From assembly GCA_041181145.1 (NCBI GenBank), contig JBEGQE010000041.1, forward strand, positions 1-45,055: 45,055 bases of DNA, in the 5' to 3' direction. Within the stretch, counting starts at the first letter, position 1. Each line of letters opens with the position of its first letter. Positions 20,862 to 31,277 of this stretch are shown one piece after another. The position numbers and the translations under genes are program-made. The notes below the pieces were generated by a model. The model saw only the letters and a program-made list of their open reading frames with translations. It searched no databases and had not been told where the DNA came from. The DNA comes from Cyanobacteriota bacterium. GTDB lineage: Bacteria > Cyanobacteriota > Cyanobacteriia > PCC-6307 > Cyanobiaceae.

Positions 20862-21540
20862 TCCGGATCCCCTCGATCCCCTGCCAGCCGAGGTAGCCGG
20901 CCAGCACCAGGCTGAGGGCACCCACCAGCAGGTCGCCGCGGGCGAACAGCAGCTGCTTGCCCCGCTCCAGCAGCGGCAGTACCTGCTCCCGTCCGAGCAG
21001 CACCGCCAGGAATGGCAGCAGCAGCGCCAGGCTGCCGGCCACGGTGAAGACCGCCGTGCACAGCGCCTCCTGCGGACGGCTCAGGCCACTCGCCAGCAGG
21101 GCCGAGGCCGCCTTGGCGAACAGGAACAGATCGTCCGGGCTGACCAGTTCAATGGCGCAGCTGGCCCCGAGCAGCAGGGGCAGGGGCATGGCGCAGAGGC
21201 GATCGAGCTGGCGCGTCCAGCCCGGCGGCCCCTGGCCCTCCTCCCGCCGTTCGATCAGCTCCCGCAGCCCCAGGGCCAGCAGGGCGCCGGCGGCCACCAA
21301 GTCGAGCACGGTGCGGTGGCTGGAGCCGCGCTCCATGGTGAGCAGCAGGCTGTGGCCCACCGTGAGCAGCAGCACCACCATCAGTGCCACCGTTCCCATC
21401 CAGCTGAGAACGAACAGGCCGCCGCGGCGCAGGGGATTCGGACCGAGCAGCAGCAGCAGCAGCAGCCCGATGTGGATCGGACTCAGGCTGATGCCGCTGC
21501 CATAGGCCAGCAGTTCGGCCCAGAGGGTGCCATTGCTCAT
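20854..21540 (-). CDS. GAP/Sap family membrane protein
   Basis: GISLSPIHIG N-terminal motif, about 6 TM segments, PPGW loop, SPDDL. Confidence 0.7.
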   Translation of the reverse strand: MSNGTLWAELLAYGSGISLSPIHIGLLLLLLLGPNPLRRGGLFVLSWMGTVALMVVLLLTVGHSLLLTMERGSSHRTVLDLVAAGALLALGLRELIERREEGQGPPGWTRQLDRLCAMPLPLLLGASCAIELVSPDDLFLFAKAASALLASGLSRPQEALCTAVFTVAGSLALLLPFLAVLLGREQVLPLLERGKQLLFARGDLLVGALSLVLAGYLGWQGIEGIRIS

Positions 21541-21551
21541 GCGTGCTGGGC

Positions 21552-21968
21552 TCAGGCCCGGATTTCGAACCAGTCTTCCCGACGGGGAGGGAGCTGGGCG
21601 GTGCTCACGCTCAGCACCTCGGCGCCCGTCGGCCCCCGTTCACACCACAGCAGCAGCTCGGTGAGTTGATGCACCGCCCCTTCGGCCTGCACTTCCACCG
21701 AACCATCCGGCAGGTTGCGCACCCAGCCGTGCAGGGTCAGATCCTTGGCCTTCTGGCAGCAACTGGCCCGATAGCCCACACCCTGCACCCGCCCGCGCAC
21801 GACCATCTGCCAACGCTCGCTGTGGGGGGTGGAGCGCGGCTCACCGCGCTCCACCCGGCGCCACTCCTCCAGGCGTGCGGCCCGGCTGCTGCGCGTCAGC
21901 GGGCTCATGTCGGCGAACAGCCAGCTCGGTGCCAGCGAATTCATCTGCCGCGGCAGTGGTTTCTCCAT
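21552..21968 (-). CDS. acyP: Acylphosphatase with N-terminal extension
   Basis: GRVQGVGYR, GWVRNLPDGSVE, GP..A.V, FEIR. Start uncertain. Confidence 0.88.
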   Translation of the reverse strand: MEKPLPRQMNSLAPSWLFADMSPLTRSSRAARLEEWRRVERGEPRSTPHSERWQMVVRGRVQGVGYRASCCQKAKDLTLHGWVRNLPDGSVEVQAEGAVHQLTELLLWCERGPTGAEVLSVSTAQLPPRREDWFEIRA

Positions 21969-22019
21969 GCCGGAATCCGCGTGGGCCACTCTCAACCTGC
22001 CACGGCAGCGGGCATTCGG

Positions 22020-22610
22020 CTACAGCGATCCCGCCGGCGTGTTCCAGTGCAGCAGGGCCCGCTGCTCCCGCTCCTGCCCGAGCACGCTGATGCCGGCGGT
22101 GCCGAGCACCAGCAGGGCTCCGCCGGCCGGCCCCAGCCCCAGCCAGCAGCCCGCCAGGCTGCGCAGGATGTGACCGTGGGCAAACAGCGCCACCCGCCCA
22201 TCCGCTTCGGCCAACTGCAGGGCCTGCTCGATCACCCGCCCGCAGCGCGCGGCCACCTGCGCCTGGCTTTCCCCCTGCGGGCAGGGGTGGCTCCAGATCG
22301 TCCAGCCGGGCACCGTGCGCCGGATCTCGGCGGTGGTCAGCCCTTCGTAGGCTCCGTAATCCCATTCCCGCAGGTCGGTGCAGACGTGGGCCTCTGCCGC
22401 CAGGCCCGCCAGCTCGCAGGTGCGCCGTGCCCGCTGCAGCGGGCTCACCAGCACGGCGTGGAACCGGTGGCGGGCCAGCACGGGGGCCAGGGCACGCGCC
22501 TCGGCTTCCCCCTCCGGCAGCAGGGGGCGGTCGGTGTGACTGGTGTGGCGGCCGCCACGGGCCCAGTCGGTGGCGCCGTGGCGCAGCAGCCAGAGTTCGG
22601 GGGTGGCCAT
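22020..22610 (-). CDS. Histidine phosphatase family protein
   Basis: LRHGAT, SPLQRARRT, EWDYGAYEG, GES, FAHGH. Confidence 0.92.
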   Translation of the reverse strand: MATPELWLLRHGATDWARGGRHTSHTDRPLLPEGEAEARALAPVLARHRFHAVLVSPLQRARRTCELAGLAAEAHVCTDLREWDYGAYEGLTTAEIRRTVPGWTIWSHPCPQGESQAQVAARCGRVIEQALQLAEADGRVALFAHGHILRSLAGCWLGLGPAGGALLVLGTAGISVLGQEREQRALLHWNTPAGSL

Positions 22611-23995
22611 CAGGGGGCAGGCAGGGGGGGGGCCAGGACGGCGGCGGCGCGGGCGGCGGCGGCCAGGCGCCGGGGGATCTGCGGGCAGCCGCCCCAGTGC
22701 AGGTGCAGCCAGCTGGCATGCAGCGTTGCGCCGCCCCAGCCCTCGGGCCGGACGGGAGCGCCCCAGCCCTCCAGCTGCCAGAGCGGATCGCCGCTGCCCC
22801 CGGCGTCGGCTTGCAGCTGCCAGCGATGGAACTCATGGCCGCACAGCCGCTCGTCCTGGCGCAGCACCAGGCTGTGGCGCGTGGCGCTCGCGTCGCGGTA
22901 GCCGAGGCTCAGGCTGCCGCGCCCGGCCTGGAACGGCAGCAGCCCGGCCATGGGCCGCGGCACCCCTTGCCCATCGTTCAGGCTGCGGCCGAGCAGCAGC
23001 AGGCCGCCGCATTCGGCGTAGATCGGCAGCCCTGCGGCGGCGGCCCCACGGATCGCCGCCAGGCTGCGCTGGCTGGCCGCCAGCTGGGCCGCATGCAGCT
23101 CGGGATAGCCCCCCGGCAGGATCAGGCCGCGGCAGCCCGCTGGCAGCGGCTCATCCGCCAGGGGCGACCAGGGCTGCACCTCCACCCCTTCGCCGGCCAG
23201 CAGTTCGCTGGCCTCCGGGTAGCGGAAGTGAAAGGCGGCATCGCTGGCGATGGCGATCGGCACCGGTGCGCGGGCATCCGCCATGGCGGGGCCCGGAGCC
23301 CCGATGGCCGCTGGCGCGGCTGGAGCCGCCAGCAAGGGCTCCAGGGCTGCCAGATCCAGATGGCGCTCCGCCAGGGCCGCCCAGGCCCCCAGGCGCTGCT
23401 GCAGATCGCCCAGCTCGTGGGCCGGCAGCAACCCGAGATGGCGGGAGGGCAGCGACAGGCTGTCGTGGCGGGGCAGGGCCCCGAGCAATGGCATGGCGAT
23501 GCCGGCCAGGGCCTCCGCCAGCAGGGCCTGGTGGCGGTCGCTGCCCACGCCGTTCAGCACCACGCCGGCGATCGTGAGGCCCGGCTGATGATCGCGGAAG
23601 CCGCGCACCAGGGCCGCCAACGATCCCGCCTGGCGGCTGGCTTCCACCACCAGCACCACCGGCAGTTCCAGCAGGCTCGCCACGGCGGCGGAACTGCCCT
23701 CCGGGCTCGGGCCGCGACCGTCGAACAGGCCCATCACCCCCTCCACCAGCGCCTGCTGGGCGGTGGAGCCGTGCTTCTGGAAGCTGCGCCGTACCCAGGC
23801 CTCACCGCAGAGCAGTGGATCGAGGTTGCGGCAGGGGCGGCCGCTGGCCGCGCTCAGCAGCTGGGGGTCGAGGTAGTCGGGCCCCACCTTGAAGGTCTGG
23901 ATCGTGTGGCCGCGCTGGCGCGCCAGCGCCGTGAGGGCCAGGCTCACCAGGGTCTTGCCGCTGCCGCTGGCCGGGGCGGCGATCAGGCAGGGCAT
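22610..23995 (-). CDS. cobB: Cobyrinate a,c-diamide synthase
   Basis: SGSGKT, FKVGPDYLDP, EGVMGLFDG, SRHLGL, GGYPE, YAECGG, GHEFH. Confidence 0.95.
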   Translation of the reverse strand: MPCLIAAPASGSGKTLVSLALTALARQRGHTIQTFKVGPDYLDPQLLSAASGRPCRNLDPLLCGEAWVRRSFQKHGSTAQQALVEGVMGLFDGRGPSPEGSSAAVASLLELPVVLVVEASRQAGSLAALVRGFRDHQPGLTIAGVVLNGVGSDRHQALLAEALAGIAMPLLGALPRHDSLSLPSRHLGLLPAHELGDLQQRLGAWAALAERHLDLAALEPLLAAPAAPAAIGAPGPAMADARAPVPIAIASDAAFHFRYPEASELLAGEGVEVQPWSPLADEPLPAGCRGLILPGGYPELHAAQLAASQRSLAAIRGAAAAGLPIYAECGGLLLLGRSLNDGQGVPRPMAGLLPFQAGRGSLSLGYRDASATRHSLVLRQDERLCGHEFHRWQLQADAGGSGDPLWQLEGWGAPVRPEGWGGATLHASWLHLHWGGCPQIPRRLAAAARAAAVLAPPLPAP

Positions 23996-24020
23996 GGAGG
24001 CGGGGGGCCGTCGGGGCGGA

Positions 24021-25325
24021 TCAGCTCGGCAGCAGCTTGGCAGCCAGAGGGGCGGCGGACGCCAGCAGCGGATTGGTGCTGTCGTGACCGCCGCCGAGCA
24101 GACGGGCCATCTCCATCTCCTCGCTTTCGTTGGGCAGGGGCACCACCTCCTCGGCCAGCTCCATCGAGGCCACGCCGCCGGCCTCCAGGCGCATGCAGCC
24201 GCCCGATTCCGAGCAGAGGATCACGCACAGGGGGGTCTGACCGGTGGGCGCGCAGATCAGGCGCAGGCCCACCAGGGCGCCGGGGTGGGTCTTGCTGATG
24301 CCCACCGGCACCGGCATCAGCCGGAACTGCACGCTCTGGCCATCGTGGCGCTGGAACTCGGCGCCGATGCCGCGGCCTTCGGGGCCATCGCCGGGGATCC
24401 AGTAGCTGCTCTGCAGGTGCCAGCCCAGCCGATCGGCGATCCAGGCCGCCAGCAGCAGCCCCTTCACGGGATGGCGACCCTCCACGTCGATGTCGAGCTG
24501 CACCACGCCATCGAGGGCGCTCTGCCGCCGCGGAGGGTCGAACACCATCGCCAGCGATTCGCGCCAGCTGCGCAGCCGCAACCAGTTGAGATCGTTCACG
24601 GCCTGGCTCAGTCCGATGCGCTCCACCAGCAGATCGAGGCAGCGGCGCGGTTCGCCGATCGAGCTGTCCACCACCAGGCGCCGTGGCGGAATCGCCAGGG
24701 CTTCCAGCAGCTCCGGCGATTCATCCATCGAGCCGTTCCACCACACCCAGCAGGGCAGCTCCGCCGGGATCAGGGGCTGCAGCATCGCCAGCCCCTGCTG
24801 CAGGGCACCCATGCCTCCGCGCAGCACCACCACATCGCCGCAGGCCGGTTCGCCACCGCTGCGCTCCTCCGCCAGCGGGCAGTAGGCCGCCACCAGGGTT
24901 TCCAGGGGGTGATCGGCGGCCAGGGTGGCCGAGAGGGTGATCAACCGGCGCGGGCGATGGGCGCTGATGGCGCGGTCCACGAACTGACCGCGCAGGTCTT
25001 CGGCGCTGTGGTTGCCGGGTTGCTGCCCCAGGCGCCAGGCCACCTCCGGATCCATCGGCGCGGTGCTGCTGGGCAGGCCCAGCTCCGCCGCCACCTGACG
25101 GGCCGCCTCCAGCAGGTCGCTGTTGAGCAGGCCGCTGAGGGGGCCATCAATCCGACCGGTGCGGATCAGCTGTTGCTGCAGCCAGGAGGGCTCCCACACC
25201 AACAGGGTGAAGGTGGCGGCCCCGCTGGCATCGCTGAGGTCCTGGCTCCAGAGGCGATCCAGGTAGCCCGGCACCTCGGTGGGGGGCAGTTCCAGCGGGG
25301 CCTGAAGGGTGAGCTGGGGGGCCAT
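24021..25325 (-). CDS. opcA: Glucose-6-phosphate dehydrogenase assembly protein OpcA
   Basis: MAPQLTLQAP, AYCP, WVWWNG, DLNWLRL..WR; directly downstream of zwf. Confidence 0.93.
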   Translation of the reverse strand: MAPQLTLQAPLELPPTEVPGYLDRLWSQDLSDASGAATFTLLVWEPSWLQQQLIRTGRIDGPLSGLLNSDLLEAARQVAAELGLPSSTAPMDPEVAWRLGQQPGNHSAEDLRGQFVDRAISAHRPRRLITLSATLAADHPLETLVAAYCPLAEERSGGEPACGDVVVLRGGMGALQQGLAMLQPLIPAELPCWVWWNGSMDESPELLEALAIPPRRLVVDSSIGEPRRCLDLLVERIGLSQAVNDLNWLRLRSWRESLAMVFDPPRRQSALDGVVQLDIDVEGRHPVKGLLLAAWIADRLGWHLQSSYWIPGDGPEGRGIGAEFQRHDGQSVQFRLMPVPVGISKTHPGALVGLRLICAPTGQTPLCVILCSESGGCMRLEAGGVASMELAEEVVPLPNESEEMEMARLLGGGHDSTNPLLASAAPLAAKLLPS

Positions 25326-25392
25326 GGCGGTGAACGGCGAAGGGGGGAAGCGGGTGAAGCGTTGTTGCGTTGCGAAGGGAGGGGCCGATCGT

Positions 25393-26916
25393 TCAGGGCC
25401 GGCGCCACATCAAGCCGTCCTCGGCCAGCAGGTTGTCGGCGGCGCCTGGGCCCCAGGTGCCGGCTTCGTAGGGCTGCACCGGCAACTGCGACGGGGCCTC
25501 CTCGATCAACTCCAGCAGGGGTGTGTAGAGCCGCCAGGCGGCCTCCACCTCGTCGCTGCGGGTGAACAGGGTGGGGTCGCCGAGCATGGCGTCGGCCAGC
25601 AGCCGCACATAGCCCTCGTCGGAGGGTTCGCCGAAGGAGTCGTCGTAGCTGAAGTGCATGTCCACCGGGCGGCTGCGCATGCCGGAACCGGGGGCTTTCA
25701 CCTCGAACACAAAGCCGGCACCCTCGTCGGGCTGGATGCGCAGCACCAGCTGGTTGGCGGTGGGGCTGCCGCCGGCGGCATCGAACAGGTGCACCGGTGC
25801 CTCGCGGAAGGTGAGCACCACCTCCGAGAGCCGTTTGGGCAGGCGCTTGCCGGTGCGCAGATAGAAGGGCACCCCCTGCCAGCGCCAGTTGTCGATGAAC
25901 AGCTTCATCGCCACGTAGGTCTCGGTGGTGCTGCTGGGGTTCACCCCGGGCTCCTCGTGGTAGCCGGCCACCGGGCGCAAGGCGCTGCCGCCACGGCTGT
26001 ACTGGCCGCGCACACAGCATTTCCAGGGTTCATCTTCATTGGCCAGGCGGGCGGCCTGCAGCACCTTGGCTTTCTCGTTGCGGATCGCCTCCGGGTCGAA
26101 GCGGCCCGGCGCCTCCATGGTGGTGAGGGCCAGCATCTGCGTCAGATGGTTCTGCACCATGTCGCGCAGGGCGCCGCTGGTTTCGTAGTACCCGGCCCGC
26201 TCTTCCACCCCCACCGTTTCGGCCGCGGTGATCTGCACGTTGGCGATGTAGTTCCGGTTCCAGATCGGCTCGAAGATCGTGTTGGCGAAGCGCAGCACCA
26301 GGATGTTCTGGACCGTTTCCTTGCCCAGGTAGTGGTCGATGCGGAAGATCTGCTGCTCCTGGCCGCAGCTCTGCACCACCCGGTTGAGCTGTTCGGCGCT
26401 GGCGTAGTCGGTGCCGAACGGCTTCTCGATCACCACCCGGCTGCGGGCCGGATCGCGCAGCAACCCGGCGGCCGCCAGGGCGCGGCAGCCGCTGCCGTAG
26501 AACGCCGGAGAGACCGAGAGGTAGAAGGTGCGGTTGCCCCGCGTGGCCCGCTGGCGATCAATCGCCTCCAGGCGGCTGCCGAGGCGCACAACATCGTCGG
26601 GTTGCTCAAGGTCAACCGGTTCATAGAACAGGCAGCTGGCGAACTGCTCCCAGGCGATCGGGTGTTGCTGCACCTCAGCGGCCATGGCTTCGGCCATGCG
26701 GCTGCGGAAATCGGCATCGCTCCAGGGGCGCCGGGCGCAGCCCAGCAGGGCGAATTCACTGGGCAGGCGGCGCTGGCGGAACAGCTCGAACAGGGCCGGC
26801 ACCAGCTTGCGGTGGGTGAGATCGCCACTGGCGCCGAAGATCACCAGGCATTGCGGTGAGATCACCCGCTCCTGGCGCAGTCCCACGCGCAGGGGGTTGG
26901 TCTGGATGGCGGCCAT
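25393..26916 (-). CDS. zwf: Glucose-6-phosphate 1-dehydrogenase
   Basis: GASGDL, EKPFG, RIDHYLGKE, DMVQNH, RWQGVPF. ATG 26916. Confidence 0.97.
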   Translation of the reverse strand: MAAIQTNPLRVGLRQERVISPQCLVIFGASGDLTHRKLVPALFELFRQRRLPSEFALLGCARRPWSDADFRSRMAEAMAAEVQQHPIAWEQFASCLFYEPVDLEQPDDVVRLGSRLEAIDRQRATRGNRTFYLSVSPAFYGSGCRALAAAGLLRDPARSRVVIEKPFGTDYASAEQLNRVVQSCGQEQQIFRIDHYLGKETVQNILVLRFANTIFEPIWNRNYIANVQITAAETVGVEERAGYYETSGALRDMVQNHLTQMLALTTMEAPGRFDPEAIRNEKAKVLQAARLANEDEPWKCCVRGQYSRGGSALRPVAGYHEEPGVNPSSTTETYVAMKLFIDNWRWQGVPFYLRTGKRLPKRLSEVVLTFREAPVHLFDAAGGSPTANQLVLRIQPDEGAGFVFEVKAPGSGMRSRPVDMHFSYDDSFGEPSDEGYVRLLADAMLGDPTLFTRSDEVEAAWRLYTPLLELIEEAPSQLPVQPYEAGTWGPGAADNLLAEDGLMWRRP

Positions 26917-26982
26917 GGGCAGCGCGCGGCATGCGTGCCACTGGTTTAACGGGCCCGTCCGCCGACCGCATGGCACGGCAAC

Positions 26983-27006
26983 AAAAAAGCCCGCCGGTCG
27001 GCGGGC
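26983..27006 (-). terminator. Rho-independent terminator downstream of petH
   Basis: Minus strand reads GCCCGCC-GACC-GGCGGGC-TTTTTT, about 40 nt after the petH stop. Confidence 0.85.
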
Positions 27007-27044
27007 CCTGACACAAGCCGCTGGGCGGCTGAAGGGGGTGGACC

Positions 27045-28232
<1,188 letters not shown>

Positions 28233-28387
28233 TCATAGGGACAACCCTCGAGACTCCGGCCTCCTTCTTCAAGGACTGCGTCGGGTGCGTCGGCCGCTGA
28301 TCCGCGTTCCCTGGCCTCGGCCCGCCTCTGGCCAAGGATCGGGGTTAGGTTTGACAGCCGAATCCGTTCGCCCGCGCCAGCAGCCCC

Positions 28388-28948
28388 TTGACGCAGCTTT
28401 CGGCCCCCCTCGCCGGTTTGAGCCAGATCTCCCTGCGCAGTGCCGGCGCCTGCGCGCTCGACACGATCCAGCAGGAGATGGAGCGGCTGCCCGGAGGCAC
28501 CCGCCGCCTGGCGGTGCAGTTGCGCACCAACCTGGATCCGCAGTGGCTGTGGGCGGTGCTCACCGACTACGACCAGCTGAGCCGATTCATCCCAAACCTG
28601 CAGAGCTCGCGCCTCCTGTGGCGCCGCGGCCCGGTGGTGGGTCTGGAACAGGAGGGGGCGCAGACGTTCATGGGCCTGCGCTTCAAGGCCCGGGTGCAGC
28701 TCGAGCTCACCGAACACCTGGAGGAGCACCGCCTCAGCTTCGTGATGAGCAAGGGCGATTTCCGCCGCTTCGAAGGCGCCTGGCAGATCGGCGCAGGGGC
28801 CGATGCCACCACGCTGCTCTACGACCTGACGGTGCAGGGCTGTGTGGGCATGCCGATCGGTTTGATCGAACAGCGGCTGCGCGAGGACCTCGCCGCCAAT
28901 CTGCGCGCCGTGCAGCGAGAGGCGCAGCGCCGGGCCTGCACCAGCTGA
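28388..28948 (+). CDS. SRPBCC (polyketide cyclase/dehydrase-like) family protein
   Basis: LWAVLTDYDQLSRFIPNL, LEQEG, GDFRRFEGAW, MPIGLIE.RL.EDL..NL.AV. Start uncertain. Confidence 0.85.
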   Translation: MTQLSAPLAGLSQISLRSAGACALDTIQQEMERLPGGTRRLAVQLRTNLDPQWLWAVLTDYDQLSRFIPNLQSSRLLWRRGPVVGLEQEGAQTFMGLRFKARVQLELTEHLEEHRLSFVMSKGDFRRFEGAWQIGAGADATTLLYDLTVQGCVGMPIGLIEQRLREDLAANLRAVQREAQRRACTS

Positions 28949-29102
28949 GGTCTCAGGCTGAGGGCCTGCCCAGCATCCAGGGGTGTCCCTGGCCAGACCG
29001 TCCCTAAGGCGGATTTTGCGCTGTCACCCTCTGGACAGGTCAACCGCAGCTCGTGGAGCTGATGGTGAGCCTCTGAAAGCTGTGGCAGATGAACCGCTGT
29101 GA

Positions 29103-29175
29103 TACCCCCAAGGGGATTCGAACCCCTGTCGCCTCCGTGAAAGGGAGGTGTCCTAGGCCTCTAGACGATGGGGGC
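29103..29175 (-). tRNA. trnE: tRNA-Glu (anticodon TTC)
   Basis: Minus strand GCCCCCATCGTCTAGAGGCCTAGGACACCTCCCTTTCACGGAGGCGACAGGGGTTCGAATCCCCTTGGGGGTA: 73-nt cloverleaf, anticodon loop CTTTCAC, T-loop TTCGAAT, CCA not encoded. Confidence 0.97.
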
Positions 29176-29286
29176 CTGGGATGGCGGCTGGCGATGGCTG
29201 ATGAGCCAGTTGCCTTGCGGGGCTTGGCTTTTGGCCGTCCCGCGCCGTTGTGTCAGACGTTACGGGTCGGAGGGGCCGTTCGTCAA

Positions 29287-30522
29287 TCAGCCCACCCCCT
29301 GGCCATCCCACACCGGCACGGTGAAGTGGAAGCAGGCGCCCTCGCCCGGCTCCGACACCACCCAGATGCGGCCGCCGTGCACCTCGGTGATCCGCCGGCA
29401 CACCGACAGCCCCACGCCGAAGCCGGAGGTGGTGGCGGAGGTCTGGGGCAGGCGCACCCGCTCCAGGAAGATCCGCTCCTGCTCATCGCGGGGAATGCCG
29501 GGTCCGGAGTCGCAGATGCTCACCTGCAGCCACTGGCTGGTGCGGTGCAGGATCGTCAGGCTCACCTTGCCGCCGTCGGGGGTGTACTTGAAGGCGTTCT
29601 CCAGCAGGTTGAGCAGCACCTGGCGCATACGCCGCTGGTCGGCGAACACATCCGGCAGGTCGGTGGGGATGTCGGTGATCAGTTCCAGGCCCCGGCCCAC
29701 CCACAGCTTCTCCAATTCGAGGATGGCTTCGGCCGCCACCGGGCCCAGGGCCAGGCGCTGCGGGTTGAACAGGGCCTCCCAGCGGGTGGTGCCCACCTCA
29801 AGCAGGTCCTTGGAGAGCTGCTCGATGTCGTCGAGCCGGCGGCCGAGCACATCACGGAAACGCGCCTGATCGATCTGGCCGAGGTTGAGGCTCTGCAGCG
29901 CCAGCTTGGAGGCGGTGAGCGGTGTGCGCAGCTCGTGGGCCACCATCCGCAGCAGCCGCTCCTGCACCCGCAGGCGCTCGATCAGGGTCTCGTTCTCCTG
30001 GCGCAGCACCAGCACCTGGTCTTCCAGCTGCAGTTCCCGCTGGGTGCGGCTGCCATCACTCTCCGGCGGGCGCAGGCTCATCCCCAGGCCGCTCACCACC
30101 TCCAGCTGTTGCCAGCGCGGTAACCAGCTGCGCAACTGCAGCAGCAGGGTGTTGCCGGCAAACACCTGCTTGGGGGTGGGTTCGAGCTTGATCAGGGCGG
30201 GCGTGGCCACCAGCCGGTGCAGCTCGAGCAGCTCGGGCCGCTGGGCTGGATCGGCCAGATCGAGGCTCACCTCAAAGCCGAAATCCTCACTCTCCAGAAA
30301 ACTCACCAGGCCGCGCAGGTCTGGGGTGGCGCGGTGGTGGGGAGCGGCGACCAGCAGCAGCTTGAGGGGGCGCCGCTGCGGCGGTTCCGCAACCGGACGC
30401 AGCGGCGCACGCGGACCTCCCTCCCGCAGCCGGCCGTCCAGGGGATCGGGTTCGGCCCTGCTGCTGGCGGCGGGCAGGCTGGGTTGCGGCTCAGCGGGGC
30501 TCGGGTCCCCTGCAACGTGCAC
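29287..30522 (-). CDS. sasA: Circadian output histidine kinase SasA
   Basis: KaiB-like sensor ([25 protein letters not shown]), H-box [31 protein letters not shown]. Start uncertain. Confidence 0.92.
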   Translation of the reverse strand: MHVAGDPSPAEPQPSLPAASSRAEPDPLDGRLREGGPRAPLRPVAEPPQRRPLKLLLVAAPHHRATPDLRGLVSFLESEDFGFEVSLDLADPAQRPELLELHRLVATPALIKLEPTPKQVFAGNTLLLQLRSWLPRWQQLEVVSGLGMSLRPPESDGSRTQRELQLEDQVLVLRQENETLIERLRVQERLLRMVAHELRTPLTASKLALQSLNLGQIDQARFRDVLGRRLDDIEQLSKDLLEVGTTRWEALFNPQRLALGPVAAEAILELEKLWVGRGLELITDIPTDLPDVFADQRRMRQVLLNLLENAFKYTPDGGKVSLTILHRTSQWLQVSICDSGPGIPRDEQERIFLERVRLPQTSATTSGFGVGLSVCRRITEVHGGRIWVVSEPGEGACFHFTVPVWDGQGVG

Positions 30523-30651
30523 CGGTGCGGCGGATCCTGTAGAAAACGTGGAGTCACGTTATGGGCTTCAGCAAGATCTGGCTGCCCTCGCTATGACGTC
30601 TGTGATGTCTCGTTGTTCCGGGGCGCCGTTGTGGCTCACCTCCAGGACCTG

Positions 30652-31215
30652 GTGACCCGGGTTCCCCCCGTGGCCTCCCGGTCTCCGGCGCCTGTCGGCA
30701 GCCGCATCCAGCTCGACAGCAGCCTGCGCCGCTGGTTCAACCGCAACCTCGGCCTCTGGCGCTCACGCCGTCAGTACTTCTTTCCCGATGATGAGGTGCT
30801 GCGGGTCGACATGCTGCTGCGCGTCGAGACCTTCGAGGATCAGGCGGAAGCCGAACCCCGCTATCGCTTCACCTGGTGGCCCGAGAAGGAGTACGACTTC
30901 TTCACGCGCAAGCCCCGCTACGTGCGCGAGGGCACGATGGACGCCTCCCTCTGCGGCCATCAGCTGCGCCGCAGCCGGGGCTATCTCTGTGGTTCGCCCA
31001 CCAAAAGCCAGATCCGTCAGGCCGACGAACACGAGGTGGTCTTCGAATCCCATTACCTGGAGTGGGACATCCTCGAGCACATCCGGCTGGTGAATCAGGA
31101 CCAGTTCCGCGCCCGCTCGATCTACTCCTGGTGTGACGGCAACCTGGAGCTGGTGGAGATCCACCACGAGATTCGCCTCGAGCCGGCTGGCCAGCCGCTG
31201 GCGGCGGACGCCTGA
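30652..31215 (+). CDS. Divergent CpcS/CpeS-type phycobiliprotein lyase-like protein
   Basis: WF...G.WRSRR.Y near the N-terminus, LRRSRGY, EHIRL, FRARS and terminal EIRL follow the S/U lyase pattern. Several possible GTG starts (30631, 30652, 30670). Confidence 0.55.
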   Translation: MTRVPPVASRSPAPVGSRIQLDSSLRRWFNRNLGLWRSRRQYFFPDDEVLRVDMLLRVETFEDQAEAEPRYRFTWWPEKEYDFFTRKPRYVREGTMDASLCGHQLRRSRGYLCGSPTKSQIRQADEHEVVFESHYLEWDILEHIRLVNQDQFRARSIYSWCDGNLELVEIHHEIRLEPAGQPLAADA

Positions 31216-31277
31216 TCCCGGCTGGGCCGTGGCCGCGCCGCGGGTTCTGCATCAGGATTGCGCCACAACCCGCTCCC

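Noticed and set aside
28949-29175. tRNA-Glu as a genomic island integration site
   Set aside because: No integrase, no duplicated tRNA 3' end seen in the window, and the flanks are core-type genes.
29089-30123. 344-aa plus-strand ORF
   Set aside because: It runs antisense across tRNA-Glu and sasA.
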